64,000 nt of DNA from an uncultured Gemmatimonadales bacterium (lineage in GTDB: Bacteria > Gemmatimonadota > Gemmatimonadetes > Gemmatimonadales > GWC2-71-9). How positions within the stretch are numbered: position 1 is the first letter of the stretch; every line of letters starts with the position of its first letter. A program made the position numbers and the translations under genes. Location: positions 1,408,001 to 1,472,000 of the forward strand of contig CAWHFW010000005.1 of assembly GCA_963828735.1 (NCBI GenBank). The letters run 5' to 3'. Positions 9,741-19,011 of this stretch are shown here, piece after piece. Under the pieces are notes generated by a model. The model did no database searches and was not told the DNA's origin. It was given only the letters and a program-made list of their open reading frames with translations.

Positions 9741-10686
9741 GCCCGCCCTCGCGAGGCCCTCGCTGCTCGACCGGATCCGGGCGACCCCTCGCCTCCGGAC
9801 CGCGCTGGCTGCCGCGGTGCCGGTCGGGTTCGTCACCACGCTGCTGTTCATCCCCTACGTGCTCTTGCTGGTCCACTCGTTCTGGCGACTCAAGGGCGGG
9901 GTCATCACCCACGAGCTGACGCTGGAGAACTACCGGCGGCTCTTCGGCACCGACCTCTACCCCAGCACGATCCTGTTCTCCGCCGGCGTCGCCATCCGGG
10001 TCACCATCTTCTCGCTGCTGCTCGCGTATCCGCTGGCCTACCTGCTCGCGTTCAAGGTCAAGCGGCACAAGCAGCTCATGTACATGGCGGTGATCATCCC
10101 GCTGTGGGTGAGCTACCTGGTACGCGCCTACGCCTGGAAGATCATCCTCGGACAGTCGGGAATCCTGAACGGGCTTCTCGAGTCGGCCGGCGTGATCAAG
10201 GAGCCACTCACGTTCCTGCTGTACAGCAGGTGGGCGGTGATCCTGGCACTGACGCACATCTACACCCCGTTCACGCTGATGCCGATCTACGCGGTGCTCG
10301 AGGCCATCCCACCGGCGCTCAAGGAGGCGAGCCAGGATCTCTACGCCAGCCGCTGGCAGACCTTCCGCCGGATCGTGCTGCCGCTCTCCCTGCCGGGGGT
10401 GCTCGCGGGCTCGACGTTCGCCTTCGTGCTCAGCATGGGTGACTTTCTCGCGCCGCAGCTCCTCGGCGGCAACGACAGCGCGCTCATGGTATCGAATCTG
10501 GTCTGGAGCCTGTTCGGGGTCGCATACAACTGGCCGCTCGGCGCGGCGGTGTCGGTCATCGTGCTCCTGTTGACGCTGTTCCTGCTCTGGCTCGCGAACC
10601 GGGTGGAGACCGCGATGAACTACGGCGGCCAGGCTGTCGGGCGCGCGGGCGATCGGCCGGTGGGACTACCGGGCCGGGGCATATGA
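9727..10686 (+). CDS. potB: Polyamine ABC transporter permease
   Basis: PLWVSYLVRAYAW, EASQDL EAA loop, multiple TM segments. GTG start overlaps the potA end. Confidence 0.88.
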   Translation: MSAIEPALARPSLLDRIRATPRLRTALAAAVPVGFVTTLLFIPYVLLLVHSFWRLKGGVITHELTLENYRRLFGTDLYPSTILFSAGVAIRVTIFSLLLAYPLAYLLAFKVKRHKQLMYMAVIIPLWVSYLVRAYAWKIILGQSGILNGLLESAGVIKEPLTFLLYSRWAVILALTHIYTPFTLMPIYAVLEAIPPALKEASQDLYASRWQTFRRIVLPLSLPGVLAGSTFAFVLSMGDFLAPQLLGGNDSALMVSNLVWSLFGVAYNWPLGAAVSVIVLLLTLFLLWLANRVETAMNYGGQAVGRAGDRPVGLPGRGI

Positions 10687-11522
10687 CGGCGCGCGCCTCG
10701 CACGACTTCCCGGTCCAACCGTCCGACCACCTGACGCCGGCCCTCTGGCTCGCGGGGACGCTCGTCTTCGCCTTCATCTATCTGCCCCTCGCGGTCGTGA
10801 TCGTCTACGCGTTCCATGATTCGCCGATCATCGCGTGGCCGCTCAAGCTCGGGACGCTCAAGTGGTTCGTCGCGCTGACCCACGATCGGGGCATGCTCGA
10901 GTCCGCGCTCGCGAGCCTGAAGCTGGCGCTGCTCGCCGTCGCGATCGCGCTCCTGATCGGGGTTCCCGGGGCGTTCCTCCTCGATCGCTACGAGTTTCCG
11001 GGGAAGACGGCGTTCCGGCGCCTGGTCCTGCTGCCGCTCATCCTGCCGGGCATCATTACGGGCGTCTCGCTGCTCACCTTCTTCAGCTTCGTGGGCCTCG
11101 GGCTCTCGAGCGGATTCCCCCTGGTGCCAGGCTGGCCGGTGGTGCTGGGTCATGCGGCGGCCCTCACGTCCGTGGTGATTACCCAGGTGTACGCTCGGCT
11201 CCAACGGCTGGATCGCGCGCAGGAGGAGGCCAGCCAGGATCTCTACGCCAACGAATGGCAGACCTTCCGGTACGTGACCTTCCCCAGCATCCGCACCGCG
11301 GTGCTCGGGGCGGGCCTGCTCGTGTTCACGCTGAGCCTCGACGAGATCGCGGTGACGTTCTTCCTGATTGGCCGCCAGAACACGCTCCCGCTCCAGATCT
11401 GGGGCCTCCTCAGACGGGGCATCACGCCGGAAGTGAACGCGGCCGCTACGGTGATCTTCGCGGTGAGCGTGGTGGTGATCGTGGTGTGGGCGCGGCTGAT
11501 GCGGGAGGATCCTGGAAAGTAG
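10683..11522 (+). CDS. potC: Polyamine ABC transporter permease
   Basis: FIYLPL, EEASQDL, FTLSLDE, TLPLQIW, PEVNA. ATGA overlap. Confidence 0.88.
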   Translation: MTARASHDFPVQPSDHLTPALWLAGTLVFAFIYLPLAVVIVYAFHDSPIIAWPLKLGTLKWFVALTHDRGMLESALASLKLALLAVAIALLIGVPGAFLLDRYEFPGKTAFRRLVLLPLILPGIITGVSLLTFFSFVGLGLSSGFPLVPGWPVVLGHAAALTSVVITQVYARLQRLDRAQEEASQDLYANEWQTFRYVTFPSIRTAVLGAGLLVFTLSLDEIAVTFFLIGRQNTLPLQIWGLLRRGITPEVNAAATVIFAVSVVVIVVWARLMREDPGK

Positions 11523-11761
11523 GAAGGCCGCCCCGCATAAGGCCCATGGCCATCGTCGCCGCCGCGGCTGGATCACGGGCCGGCAGCTTCCAGCTGCCGG
11601 CCCGCCTTGCTTTGGCGGGCCCGGGGTGGCCGAGCCCGGGCGACTGAGAATCCGGACGCCCTCCCCACGTCATACTGGCGCACCCATCGATCCATGCGTC
11701 GCGCGCCAACGCCGGGCGAGTACGCCAGGCCGGTCGCCGGACACCCCAGGAGGGAACGCCC

Positions 11762-12991
11762 ATGTTTCGCATCACCCGCTCGACCCTCGCCACGGCCTTC
11801 GCGCTGGCCGCGCTGGCCCTAGCCGGCACCGGACGTCCCGCCGAGGCGCAGTTCGGCCGGCGGCTCAAGGATGCCATCAAGCACAACGCCGAGGATCGGG
11901 TGATCCAGAAGGCGGTGCAGAAGGAGAACCAGGCGATCGATGGCGCTACCGCGTCGGCCGCGACGAAGGCGACGGCGACGGCGGCTGACGCCGCGGGCGC
12001 GCCGGCCGAAGCCTCGCAAGCCCCTGTCGCCACCGCGATCACCAGGGCCGACACGGTCAAGCCGGGACAAGGCGCGTGGGCCAACTACGACTTCAAGCCG
12101 GGTGAGCGGATCCTGTTCGCCGACGAGTTCGCGGCCGACGAGGTGGGCGACTTCCCGCGGCGGATGGAGTTCAAGGCGGGCTCGCTCGAGATCGTCGAAT
12201 GGCACGGGACGCGGTTCCTCCGCGCCAACTCCGACTCCCGCTGGTTCATCCCCATGACCGAGAGCCTGCCGGAGCGGTACACGATGGAGTTCGACTATTC
12301 GATCCCGACGGGCGGTGAGCTCTGGCTCTCGTTCGGGGAGGAGAACAAGCGCATCCAGCTCGGCGGGGACGGCACCGCGGTGGTCTACAACCACCAGAAC
12401 GGTGTGCGGGCGGATGGCCGGCTGGCCGCGGCCAAGCGGGGCGACATGCATCGGGCCCGCGTGCTGGTGGACGGCGCGTACATGAAGGTGTACCTCGACG
12501 ACACCCGGCTGCTCAACGTGCCAAACGCCGACCTCGGCCGCGGCGCCAGGATCGCGTTCTACACCGACGGCGACGCGACGACGCCCTCCCTCTTCGGCAA
12601 CTTCCGGATCGCGGCTGGCGGCAAGAAGCTCTATGATGCGATCGCGTCTCAAGGCCGCGTGGCGACCCAGGGCATCTACTTCGATACCGGGAGCGACCAG
12701 ATCCGCCCCGAGTCCACCCCAACGCTCAAGGAGATCGGCGCGATGCTCAACGATCATGCGGACTTGAGGCTAACGATCGAAGGTCACACGGACGACGTCG
12801 GCCGCGCCGACGCGAACCAGGTCTTGAGTGAAAAGCGGGCGGCGGCGGTACGGCAGTATCTGATCGCCGCATACCAGATCGACGGCAGTCGTCTCATGGC
12901 CAAAGGGTTGGGCCAGAGCAAGCCGGCCGTGCCCAACAGCACGCCGGAAGGCCGCCAGCAGAACCGGCGGGTGGAGCTGGTCAAGACTTGA
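11762..12991 (+). CDS. Secreted OmpA-family protein with C-terminal peptidoglycan-binding domain
   Basis: Signal peptide (AEA-Q); IYFDTGS, IEGHTD, LSEKRAAAV, NRRVEL. Confidence 0.88.
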   Translation: MFRITRSTLATAFALAALALAGTGRPAEAQFGRRLKDAIKHNAEDRVIQKAVQKENQAIDGATASAATKATATAADAAGAPAEASQAPVATAITRADTVKPGQGAWANYDFKPGERILFADEFAADEVGDFPRRMEFKAGSLEIVEWHGTRFLRANSDSRWFIPMTESLPERYTMEFDYSIPTGGELWLSFGEENKRIQLGGDGTAVVYNHQNGVRADGRLAAAKRGDMHRARVLVDGAYMKVYLDDTRLLNVPNADLGRGARIAFYTDGDATTPSLFGNFRIAAGGKKLYDAIASQGRVATQGIYFDTGSDQIRPESTPTLKEIGAMLNDHADLRLTIEGHTDDVGRADANQVLSEKRAAAVRQYLIAAYQIDGSRLMAKGLGQSKPAVPNSTPEGRQQNRRVELVKT

Positions 12992-13018
12992 GTCGGGCCA
13001 GGCCCGGCGGGGACGAGC

Positions 13019-13053
13019 GAGGGGCGAGCGAGAGAGCCGCCCCTCTTTCGTTT
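13019..13053 (+). terminator. Intrinsic terminator after the OmpA gene
   Basis: GAGGGGCG...CGCCCCTC stem followed by TTTCGTTT. Confidence 0.7.
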
Positions 13054-13349
13054 CCATCCAGCCAGGGGTGCAAGAACGCCCCAGGATCCCCTGATGGCGG
13101 CCGGACAGCCTGTCCCGTGCAGCCGGTCGCAATAACAGCCCCCTAGGAGCTCGGCCCTCTCACCGCGTCTCCGATATTTATTCGCGAGCTCCGCATATGA
13201 CATGTCAAGGCGTTTGCAGGCATTCACTTACCGTCCGCATGGCCGAACGGGCCTTTGGTGATGAATGACCGGCGTCCGCAAGGGGGCTGGACAGATGGTG
13301 GGGGTCACGCGCTAGAATGGCTATACGCCACCCCACCCGGGGACCGGCG

Positions 13350-13513
13350 TGTTTGCATCCTCCGACCAAGCGGAGGGTCCACTCTCACAGCTGACCTTCT
13401 CCTTGAGCTGTGAGCCCCCATCAGCGGCGGGGGCGAGGGCGCAGGGGTCCGTCGCCGAACAACGGCGCCTGCAACCAGACCGAGTGCCGCACCAACAATG
13501 AAAAGAGGAGTTT
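13350..13513 (+). promoter_or_regulatory. Candidate structured 5' leader RNA
   Basis: Four consecutive hairpins (13357-13378, 13384-13414, 13414-13434, 13441-13472). The loop sequence CTCCTT can pair with the RBS GAGGAG. Confidence 0.45.
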
Positions 13514-14752
13514 GTGAAAGTCCTGATGTTGGGCGCCGGCGCGGTGGGGACCGTGTCCGCCCTCAAATTCGTGCAGGACGCGATGCTCGAGAAGCTCGTC
13601 ATCGCCGACGCGGTGTCCGCCCGCGCATCCCTCCTTGCGGATCGTCTCTCTGACTCTCGTGCGTCCTCCCGCCGGCTCGACGCCGGCGACCGCGCGGCCC
13701 TCGTGAGCGCGATTCGCGAGACCGGCGCCACCGTCGTCCTGAATGCGGCGCTACCCGCTACCAACCTGGTCGTCATGCGCGCCTGCCTCGAGGCGGGCTG
13801 CGACTATATCGACCTGGCCAGCGGCGGCACCGATGACGACGGCATCCCCAAGCTGGATGACCAGTTCGCGCTCGACGCCGAGTTCCGGGCGGCCGGAAGG
13901 ATGGCGCTGCTCGGCATGGGCGCCGATCCCGGCACCACCAACGTCTACGCCGCCTACGCCGCCAAGCACCTGCTCGATGAAGTCACGGCGCTGCACGTGC
14001 GCGACGGCGACAACTCCGTCTGCCAGGGGCACGACGGCTTCGTGGCGACCTTCAGCCCCTGGGTCTTCATCGACGAGTGCCTGTGCAAGGCGGTGTCGTA
14101 CCGCGACGGGTGCTATCACCTGGAGGCTCCGCTCACGGGGTTCGAGCCGTTCGACTTTCCGGAGCTGGGCGTACTCAACTGCTACCACGTCGACCACGAG
14201 GAGTCGCGCACGCTGCCGCGCTTCTTCCCGAGCGTCAAGGTCGTGGACTTCAAGCTGTGCATGGACGACGTGACCATCGAGACGCTGCGGGTCATGCAGC
14301 GACTCGGGCTCTCCGGTAAGGGCCGCATTCGCGTCGGCGAGACATCCGTCGTGCCACGCGATGTGGTCGTCTCGCTCCTGCCCGACCCCAAGGATCTGGC
14401 CGGCCGCATGCGCGGGAAGACCTGCGTCGGGACGATCGCGCGAGGCCTCAAGAACGGCGAGGAGCGGACCTTCTACATCTACAACGTTGCCGATCACGAG
14501 GCCGTCTACAGCGAGCTCGGCGTGCAGGCGACAGCCTACCAGACGGGCATTCCTCCCGTCATTGCCGCTCGGCTCATGCACGAGGGCCGGTGGGGGGGAC
14601 CGGGCGTGCGTTCGCCGGAGGAGCTCGATCCGGATCCGTTCCTCGAGCGCCTCGCGCGCGAGGGGATGCCGTGGCACGTACGGGACGACTCGGCTCGCGT
14701 CGAGCTGCCCCGGGTGCGGCTTCGGCCCAGCCGGGATGTCGTCGCAGCCTAG
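13514..14752 (+). CDS. Saccharopine dehydrogenase family, carboxy(nor)spermidine dehydrogenase-like
   Basis: LGAGAVG, ACLEAGCDYIDLA, GMGADPG, HEE, YIYNVADHEAVY..QATAYQTGIP, EELDPDPFL. GTG start with RBS AGAGGAG. Confidence 0.85.
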   Translation: MKVLMLGAGAVGTVSALKFVQDAMLEKLVIADAVSARASLLADRLSDSRASSRRLDAGDRAALVSAIRETGATVVLNAALPATNLVVMRACLEAGCDYIDLASGGTDDDGIPKLDDQFALDAEFRAAGRMALLGMGADPGTTNVYAAYAAKHLLDEVTALHVRDGDNSVCQGHDGFVATFSPWVFIDECLCKAVSYRDGCYHLEAPLTGFEPFDFPELGVLNCYHVDHEESRTLPRFFPSVKVVDFKLCMDDVTIETLRVMQRLGLSGKGRIRVGETSVVPRDVVVSLLPDPKDLAGRMRGKTCVGTIARGLKNGEERTFYIYNVADHEAVYSELGVQATAYQTGIPPVIAARLMHEGRWGGPGVRSPEELDPDPFLERLAREGMPWHVRDDSARVELPRVRLRPSRDVVAA

Positions 14753-14772
14753 CGGTCATTCGCCGTGAGCAG

Positions 14773-14810
14773 CGCGAAGGGGGCATGCGACGACGCATGC
14801 CCCCTTCGCG
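14773..14810. repeat. REP-like palindrome (copy B)
   Basis: CGCGAAGGGGGCATGCG-ACGA-CGCATGCCCCCTTCGCG, perfect 17-bp stem. Confidence 0.8.
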
Positions 14811-14920
14811 AACCCACGAGCGGCAGGCGGGCCGCAGGGTGACCTGCCTCGCGCCGTGGAGTACATTAGCCCAGATTCCCTCCCAGGCACCGAGACCAGA
14901 GCAGCGACCGGAGGAGCAGC

Positions 14921-16423
14921 ATGACGAGCACGGCCACGGCGCGAGGCAAGACCCGGAAGTCCGAGGTCGCCTCGTACCAGATGTACATCGACGGGAAGTT
15001 CGTCGATGCGAAGGGCGGGAAGACGTTCGACGTCTACGACCCCTCCACCGAGGGCGTCATCGCCAAGGTGCCCGCCGCCGGCCCGGCAGACATCGATCGA
15101 GCGGTGAAGGCGGCGCACCGCGCCTTCTACGAGGGCGGATGGAAGAGCGTCACCGCGCAGGAGCGGGGACGCGTTCTGCTGCGACTGGCGGAACGAATCC
15201 GCGCGCGCCGAAGCGAGCTCGCCGAGCTCGAGACGATCAACTCCGGCAAGCCGATCGTCGAGTCCGAGTACGACATGGACGATACGGCCACCTGCTACGA
15301 GTACTACGGCGGGCTCGCCACCAAGATCAACGGCGAGGTCCTCCCCGTCCCGGCCGACGCGGTGGCGTTCGCGATGCGCGAGCCGATCGGCGTGGCGGGA
15401 CAGATCATCCCGTGGAACTATCCGCTGCTCATGGCGGCCTGGAAGATCGCCCCCGCGCTGGCCGCGGGGTGCACGGTGGTGATCAAGCCCGCGGAGCAGA
15501 CGCCACTCTCCCTGCTCAAGCTGGCGGAAGACTTCGAGGCGGTCGGGCTGCCGCCGGGCGTCGTCAATGTCGTCACCGGCGACGGCCCCGGTGCGGGCGC
15601 TCCGCTGGTCGCGCATCGCGACGTCCGCAAGATCGCGTTCACCGGCAGCGCGGAGGTCGGAAAGATCATCATGCGCAGCGCGGCCGATCAGCTCAAGCGC
15701 GTCTCGCTCGAGCTGGGCGGCAAGTCGCCCAACATCTTCTTCAGCGACGCCGATTTCGAGAACGCGGTCGATGGTGCCCTCTTCGGAACCTTCGTGAACC
15801 AGGGCGAGGTCTGCTCCGCCGGGAGCCGCGTGCTGGTCCAGAAGGACATCTACAAGAAGTTCGTCGACGCCGCGGCGGCGAAGGCCAAGACCATTCGGCT
15901 GGGCCCCGGCCTCGAGCGCGACACCAAGATGGGGCCGCTGGTGAGCGCGGAGCAGCGGGACCGCGTGGCCGGCTACCTCAAGACCGGGAAGGGCGAGGCG
16001 AAGATCGCGGCGGGTGGCGGCACCCCCAAGCAGTTCGACAAGGGATGGTACGTCGAGCCCACCATCTTCTACGACGTGGACAACTCGGCCAAGATCGCGC
16101 AGGAGGAGATCTTCGGCCCGGTGATGAGCGTCATCCCGTTCAAGGACGAGGCCGACGCGATCCAGATCGCCAACGCCACGCCCTACGGCCTGGCGGCCGC
16201 GGTGTGGACCCGAGACATCTTCAAGGCCTTTCGCGTGGTGAAGGCGCTCGAGGCGGGCATCGTCTGGGTCAACCACATGCAGCCGACCTTCGTCGAAGCC
16301 CCGTGGGGCGGCTATAAGGCGTCGGGGTTCGGCCGGGAACTCGGCCATTGGGGCGTCGAGGAGTATCTCGAGACCAAGCAAGTGTTCATCAACCTCGACG
16401 AGAAGCCGATCGGCTGGTACTGA
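14921..16423 (+). CDS. Aldehyde dehydrogenase (aminoaldehyde/betaine-aldehyde type)
   Basis: IIPWNYP, FTGS, LELGGKSP, EVCSAGSR (catalytic Cys), EEIFGPV. Confidence 0.92.
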   Translation: MTSTATARGKTRKSEVASYQMYIDGKFVDAKGGKTFDVYDPSTEGVIAKVPAAGPADIDRAVKAAHRAFYEGGWKSVTAQERGRVLLRLAERIRARRSELAELETINSGKPIVESEYDMDDTATCYEYYGGLATKINGEVLPVPADAVAFAMREPIGVAGQIIPWNYPLLMAAWKIAPALAAGCTVVIKPAEQTPLSLLKLAEDFEAVGLPPGVVNVVTGDGPGAGAPLVAHRDVRKIAFTGSAEVGKIIMRSAADQLKRVSLELGGKSPNIFFSDADFENAVDGALFGTFVNQGEVCSAGSRVLVQKDIYKKFVDAAAAKAKTIRLGPGLERDTKMGPLVSAEQRDRVAGYLKTGKGEAKIAAGGGTPKQFDKGWYVEPTIFYDVDNSAKIAQEEIFGPVMSVIPFKDEADAIQIANATPYGLAAAVWTRDIFKAFRVVKALEAGIVWVNHMQPTFVEAPWGGYKASGFGRELGHWGVEEYLETKQVFINLDEKPIGWY

Positions 16424-16565
16424 GTCGGACGGCGGGCGATCAGGCGGTCGCCCGCCTGCCTCACCGCTTCAGCCCCTCCGCCTGCAACGGCGGGCCGTCC
16501 ATCTGGCCGAGCCGCGCGCACCAGGGGATGTTGCGCCTGGTGCTTTCCGGTCGTTTGTTTCGGCT

Positions 16566-18341
16566 GTGATCCAAGGGCCGATACCCCCAGCCACCGACAT
16601 CGAGCTCGACGCCGCCCTGCTTCAGGCCGCCATCACGGGGGCCCTAGGCCTGCTTTGCGCGTTCCTGTTTGCGAGGTATCGGAAGCCCTACTTCGCCTGG
16701 TGGGCGCTCGCCTGGGGACTCTATCTGCTCCGGGTCGGGGCGATCACGAGCTTCATGCTGAGCGGCGAGCGCATCTGGCTCTACTGGCATCAGGTCGTCA
16801 CGGGCTGGACGGCGCTTGCCTTGCTGTACGCCGCCCTGGTGTTCTCGCAGAGTCTCCGGTGGCGCCCCTGGTACCTCGTCGCCGTGCTGTTCCCGCCGGT
16901 GTGGTCCTACGTAGCCATCTACCGTCTCGACCATTTTCTCTGGGCCGCCGGACCCGCCGTCCTGTTCCTCAGTCTGGCGACGCTCTGGACCGGGTGGGTG
17001 TTCTACCGCTACCGGCGGCGTGTCGCCTCGAGTGGGGCGGGCCTCCTCGCAGTGGCCTTCGCGCTCTGGGGTCTCCACCACCTCGACTATCCGTTCCTGC
17101 GCGCGCGGGGGACGTGGGCGCCGTGGGGCTACTACCTCGACATCCTCTTCGCGCTCGCCGTCGGCGCCGGCATCCTGCTGCTGGTGCTCGACGATCTGCG
17201 TCGAGGGCTGAGCGCGCTGTCGGCCCTGTCCGGCGATCTGCAGCGCGCCGGCCGGGAGCCGGACGTGCTCGCCGCGCTCCTGGCGCGCCCGCTCACGCTT
17301 CCCGCTGTTCGCGGCAGCGCGCTCTATCTGTACGAGGAAGGTCGGCCGCGGCTCGTGCGGGGCGCCGGCGTCTACGAAGGCCGCGCGCCGGACCTCGACG
17401 CCTCGGCGGCGGTCGTGCTCGCGCGCGCGCGAGAGACGGGTCTCCCCCAGGTCACCAGTGACTGGCGTGAGCCCGGTACGCCGGCGTTTCCGTACGCGGC
17501 CGTGCTGCCGCTCTTTCGCCGCGAGGAAACCATGGGGGCGCTGGTGCTCGTGGGCGACGCGCGCGATCCCTTCACCGCGCTCGATGACCGGTTCCTGGTG
17601 GCGCTCGGACAGCAGGTGGGAGCCGCGCTCGAGAACGCCGACCTCTACACTCGCCTGCACGACCGCACCCTCGAGCTCGGCCGGCTGTCCGCCCGAATGG
17701 TCGAGCAGCACGAGGAGGAGCGCCGCCGCCTCTCGCGCGAGCTGCACGACGAAACGGCGCAGGTGTTCTCAGCGGTCAAGATGGAGCTGGGCCTGTTGCA
17801 GGACGCCGTCGGACCCGACCAGTCCGCGCGCCTCGACCGCGCGCTGGCGCTGATCGACACCGGGATCCGCAGCATCCGGAACGTCACCAACGATCTGCGC
17901 CCGTCCCTGCTCGACGATCTTGGCCTCCTGCCGGCATTGCGCTCCCTCGTGGCGGATTTCGGGGCACGAAGCGACATGCACGTCGGGTTCGCAGCGCCGA
18001 GCACCCTGCCACCCCTGTCCAAGGAGGCCGAGCTGGCCCTGTTTCGTGCGCTCCAGGAGGCGCTCTCGAACGTGCGGCGCCACTCGGATGCCGGGCGCGT
18101 GGACATCCGACTCTCGGTCGATGCCTCCGTGCTGAAGCTCGGTGTTGCCGACGACGGCCGGGGTCCTCCCGAGCTCAGCCCAGAGCGCCTCGAGCGTGAA
18201 GGCCACATGGGGCTGGCCGGAATGCGGGAGCGGATCAGCGCGCTCGGCGGCAGCGTACGATTCGGCCGCTCGCCGGAGCGCGGCGCTTCGCTCGAGATCG
18301 CGATGCCCCTCGAGGCCGTGGACCCGGCGCCGACGCCGTGA
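16566..18341 (+). CDS. Membrane sensor histidine kinase (about 7 TM + GAF + HisKA_3 + HATPase)
   Basis: EERRRLSRELHDE, LRPSLLDDLGL, QEALSNVRRHS, DDGRG, GLAGMRER. Confidence 0.9.
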   Translation: MIQGPIPPATDIELDAALLQAAITGALGLLCAFLFARYRKPYFAWWALAWGLYLLRVGAITSFMLSGERIWLYWHQVVTGWTALALLYAALVFSQSLRWRPWYLVAVLFPPVWSYVAIYRLDHFLWAAGPAVLFLSLATLWTGWVFYRYRRRVASSGAGLLAVAFALWGLHHLDYPFLRARGTWAPWGYYLDILFALAVGAGILLLVLDDLRRGLSALSALSGDLQRAGREPDVLAALLARPLTLPAVRGSALYLYEEGRPRLVRGAGVYEGRAPDLDASAAVVLARARETGLPQVTSDWREPGTPAFPYAAVLPLFRREETMGALVLVGDARDPFTALDDRFLVALGQQVGAALENADLYTRLHDRTLELGRLSARMVEQHEEERRRLSRELHDETAQVFSAVKMELGLLQDAVGPDQSARLDRALALIDTGIRSIRNVTNDLRPSLLDDLGLLPALRSLVADFGARSDMHVGFAAPSTLPPLSKEAELALFRALQEALSNVRRHSDAGRVDIRLSVDASVLKLGVADDGRGPPELSPERLEREGHMGLAGMRERISALGGSVRFGRSPERGASLEIAMPLEAVDPAPTP

Positions 18342-18991
18342 GCGACGCCGTCATTCGGGTGCTCGTCGCCGACGACCACGCCATCGTGCGGACCGGCATC
18401 CGTCACGTGCTGGAGACCGAATTGGGCTTCTCGGTGGTCGGCGAGGCGTCGAACGGCACGGAAGCGCTCGCCATCGCGCTCGAGCTCCGTCCTGATGTGG
18501 CCGTCCTCGATATCTCGATGCCCGGCGTGTCCGGTCTCCAGACAGCGGCGGAGCTGCGACGACGCCTCCCGGATACGCGAATTCTCGTCCTCAGCATGCA
18601 CGACAACACCGAGTACGTGCTCGAGAGCCTGCGGGTCGGGGTGCACGGGTATCTGCTCAAGGACAGCGCCGCCGCCGAGCTCGGCGCCGCAATCCGCGCC
18701 GTCTGTCGGGGCGAGTCGTTCTTCAGTCCACCGGTGGCCCGGCAGCTCGGCGCCGTGGTTCGCGGCGAGATCGGCGGCATTCGTGCCGGCGCGCTGGCCC
18801 AGCTCACCGCGCGAGAGCGGCAGGTGCTCATCGGGGTCGCCGGAGGCCGGACCAACAAGGAGATCGCCCAGGAGCTGGGGATCAGCCACCGGACAGTGGA
18901 GAGCCATCGCGAGAGCTTGATGCGGAAGCTCGACGTCTACACTGTCGCCGGCCTGACGAAGATCGCGCTGGAAGCAGGCCTGGTACCCTGA
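18338..18991 (+). CDS. NarL/LuxR-family response regulator
   Basis: ADDH, VLDISMP, GYLLK, LTARERQV...NKEIAQELGISHRTVE. GTGA overlap with the kinase. Confidence 0.93.
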   Translation: MSDAVIRVLVADDHAIVRTGIRHVLETELGFSVVGEASNGTEALAIALELRPDVAVLDISMPGVSGLQTAAELRRRLPDTRILVLSMHDNTEYVLESLRVGVHGYLLKDSAAAELGAAIRAVCRGESFFSPPVARQLGAVVRGEIGGIRAGALAQLTARERQVLIGVAGGRTNKEIAQELGISHRTVESHRESLMRKLDVYTVAGLTKIALEAGLVP

Positions 18992-19011
18992 GTGACGACT
19001 ATATTGCCCGG

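Noticed and set aside
13350..13513. Known lysine or SAM-I/spermidine riboswitch
   Set aside because: The conserved consensus segments are not recognisable by eye; kept only as an unclassified candidate.
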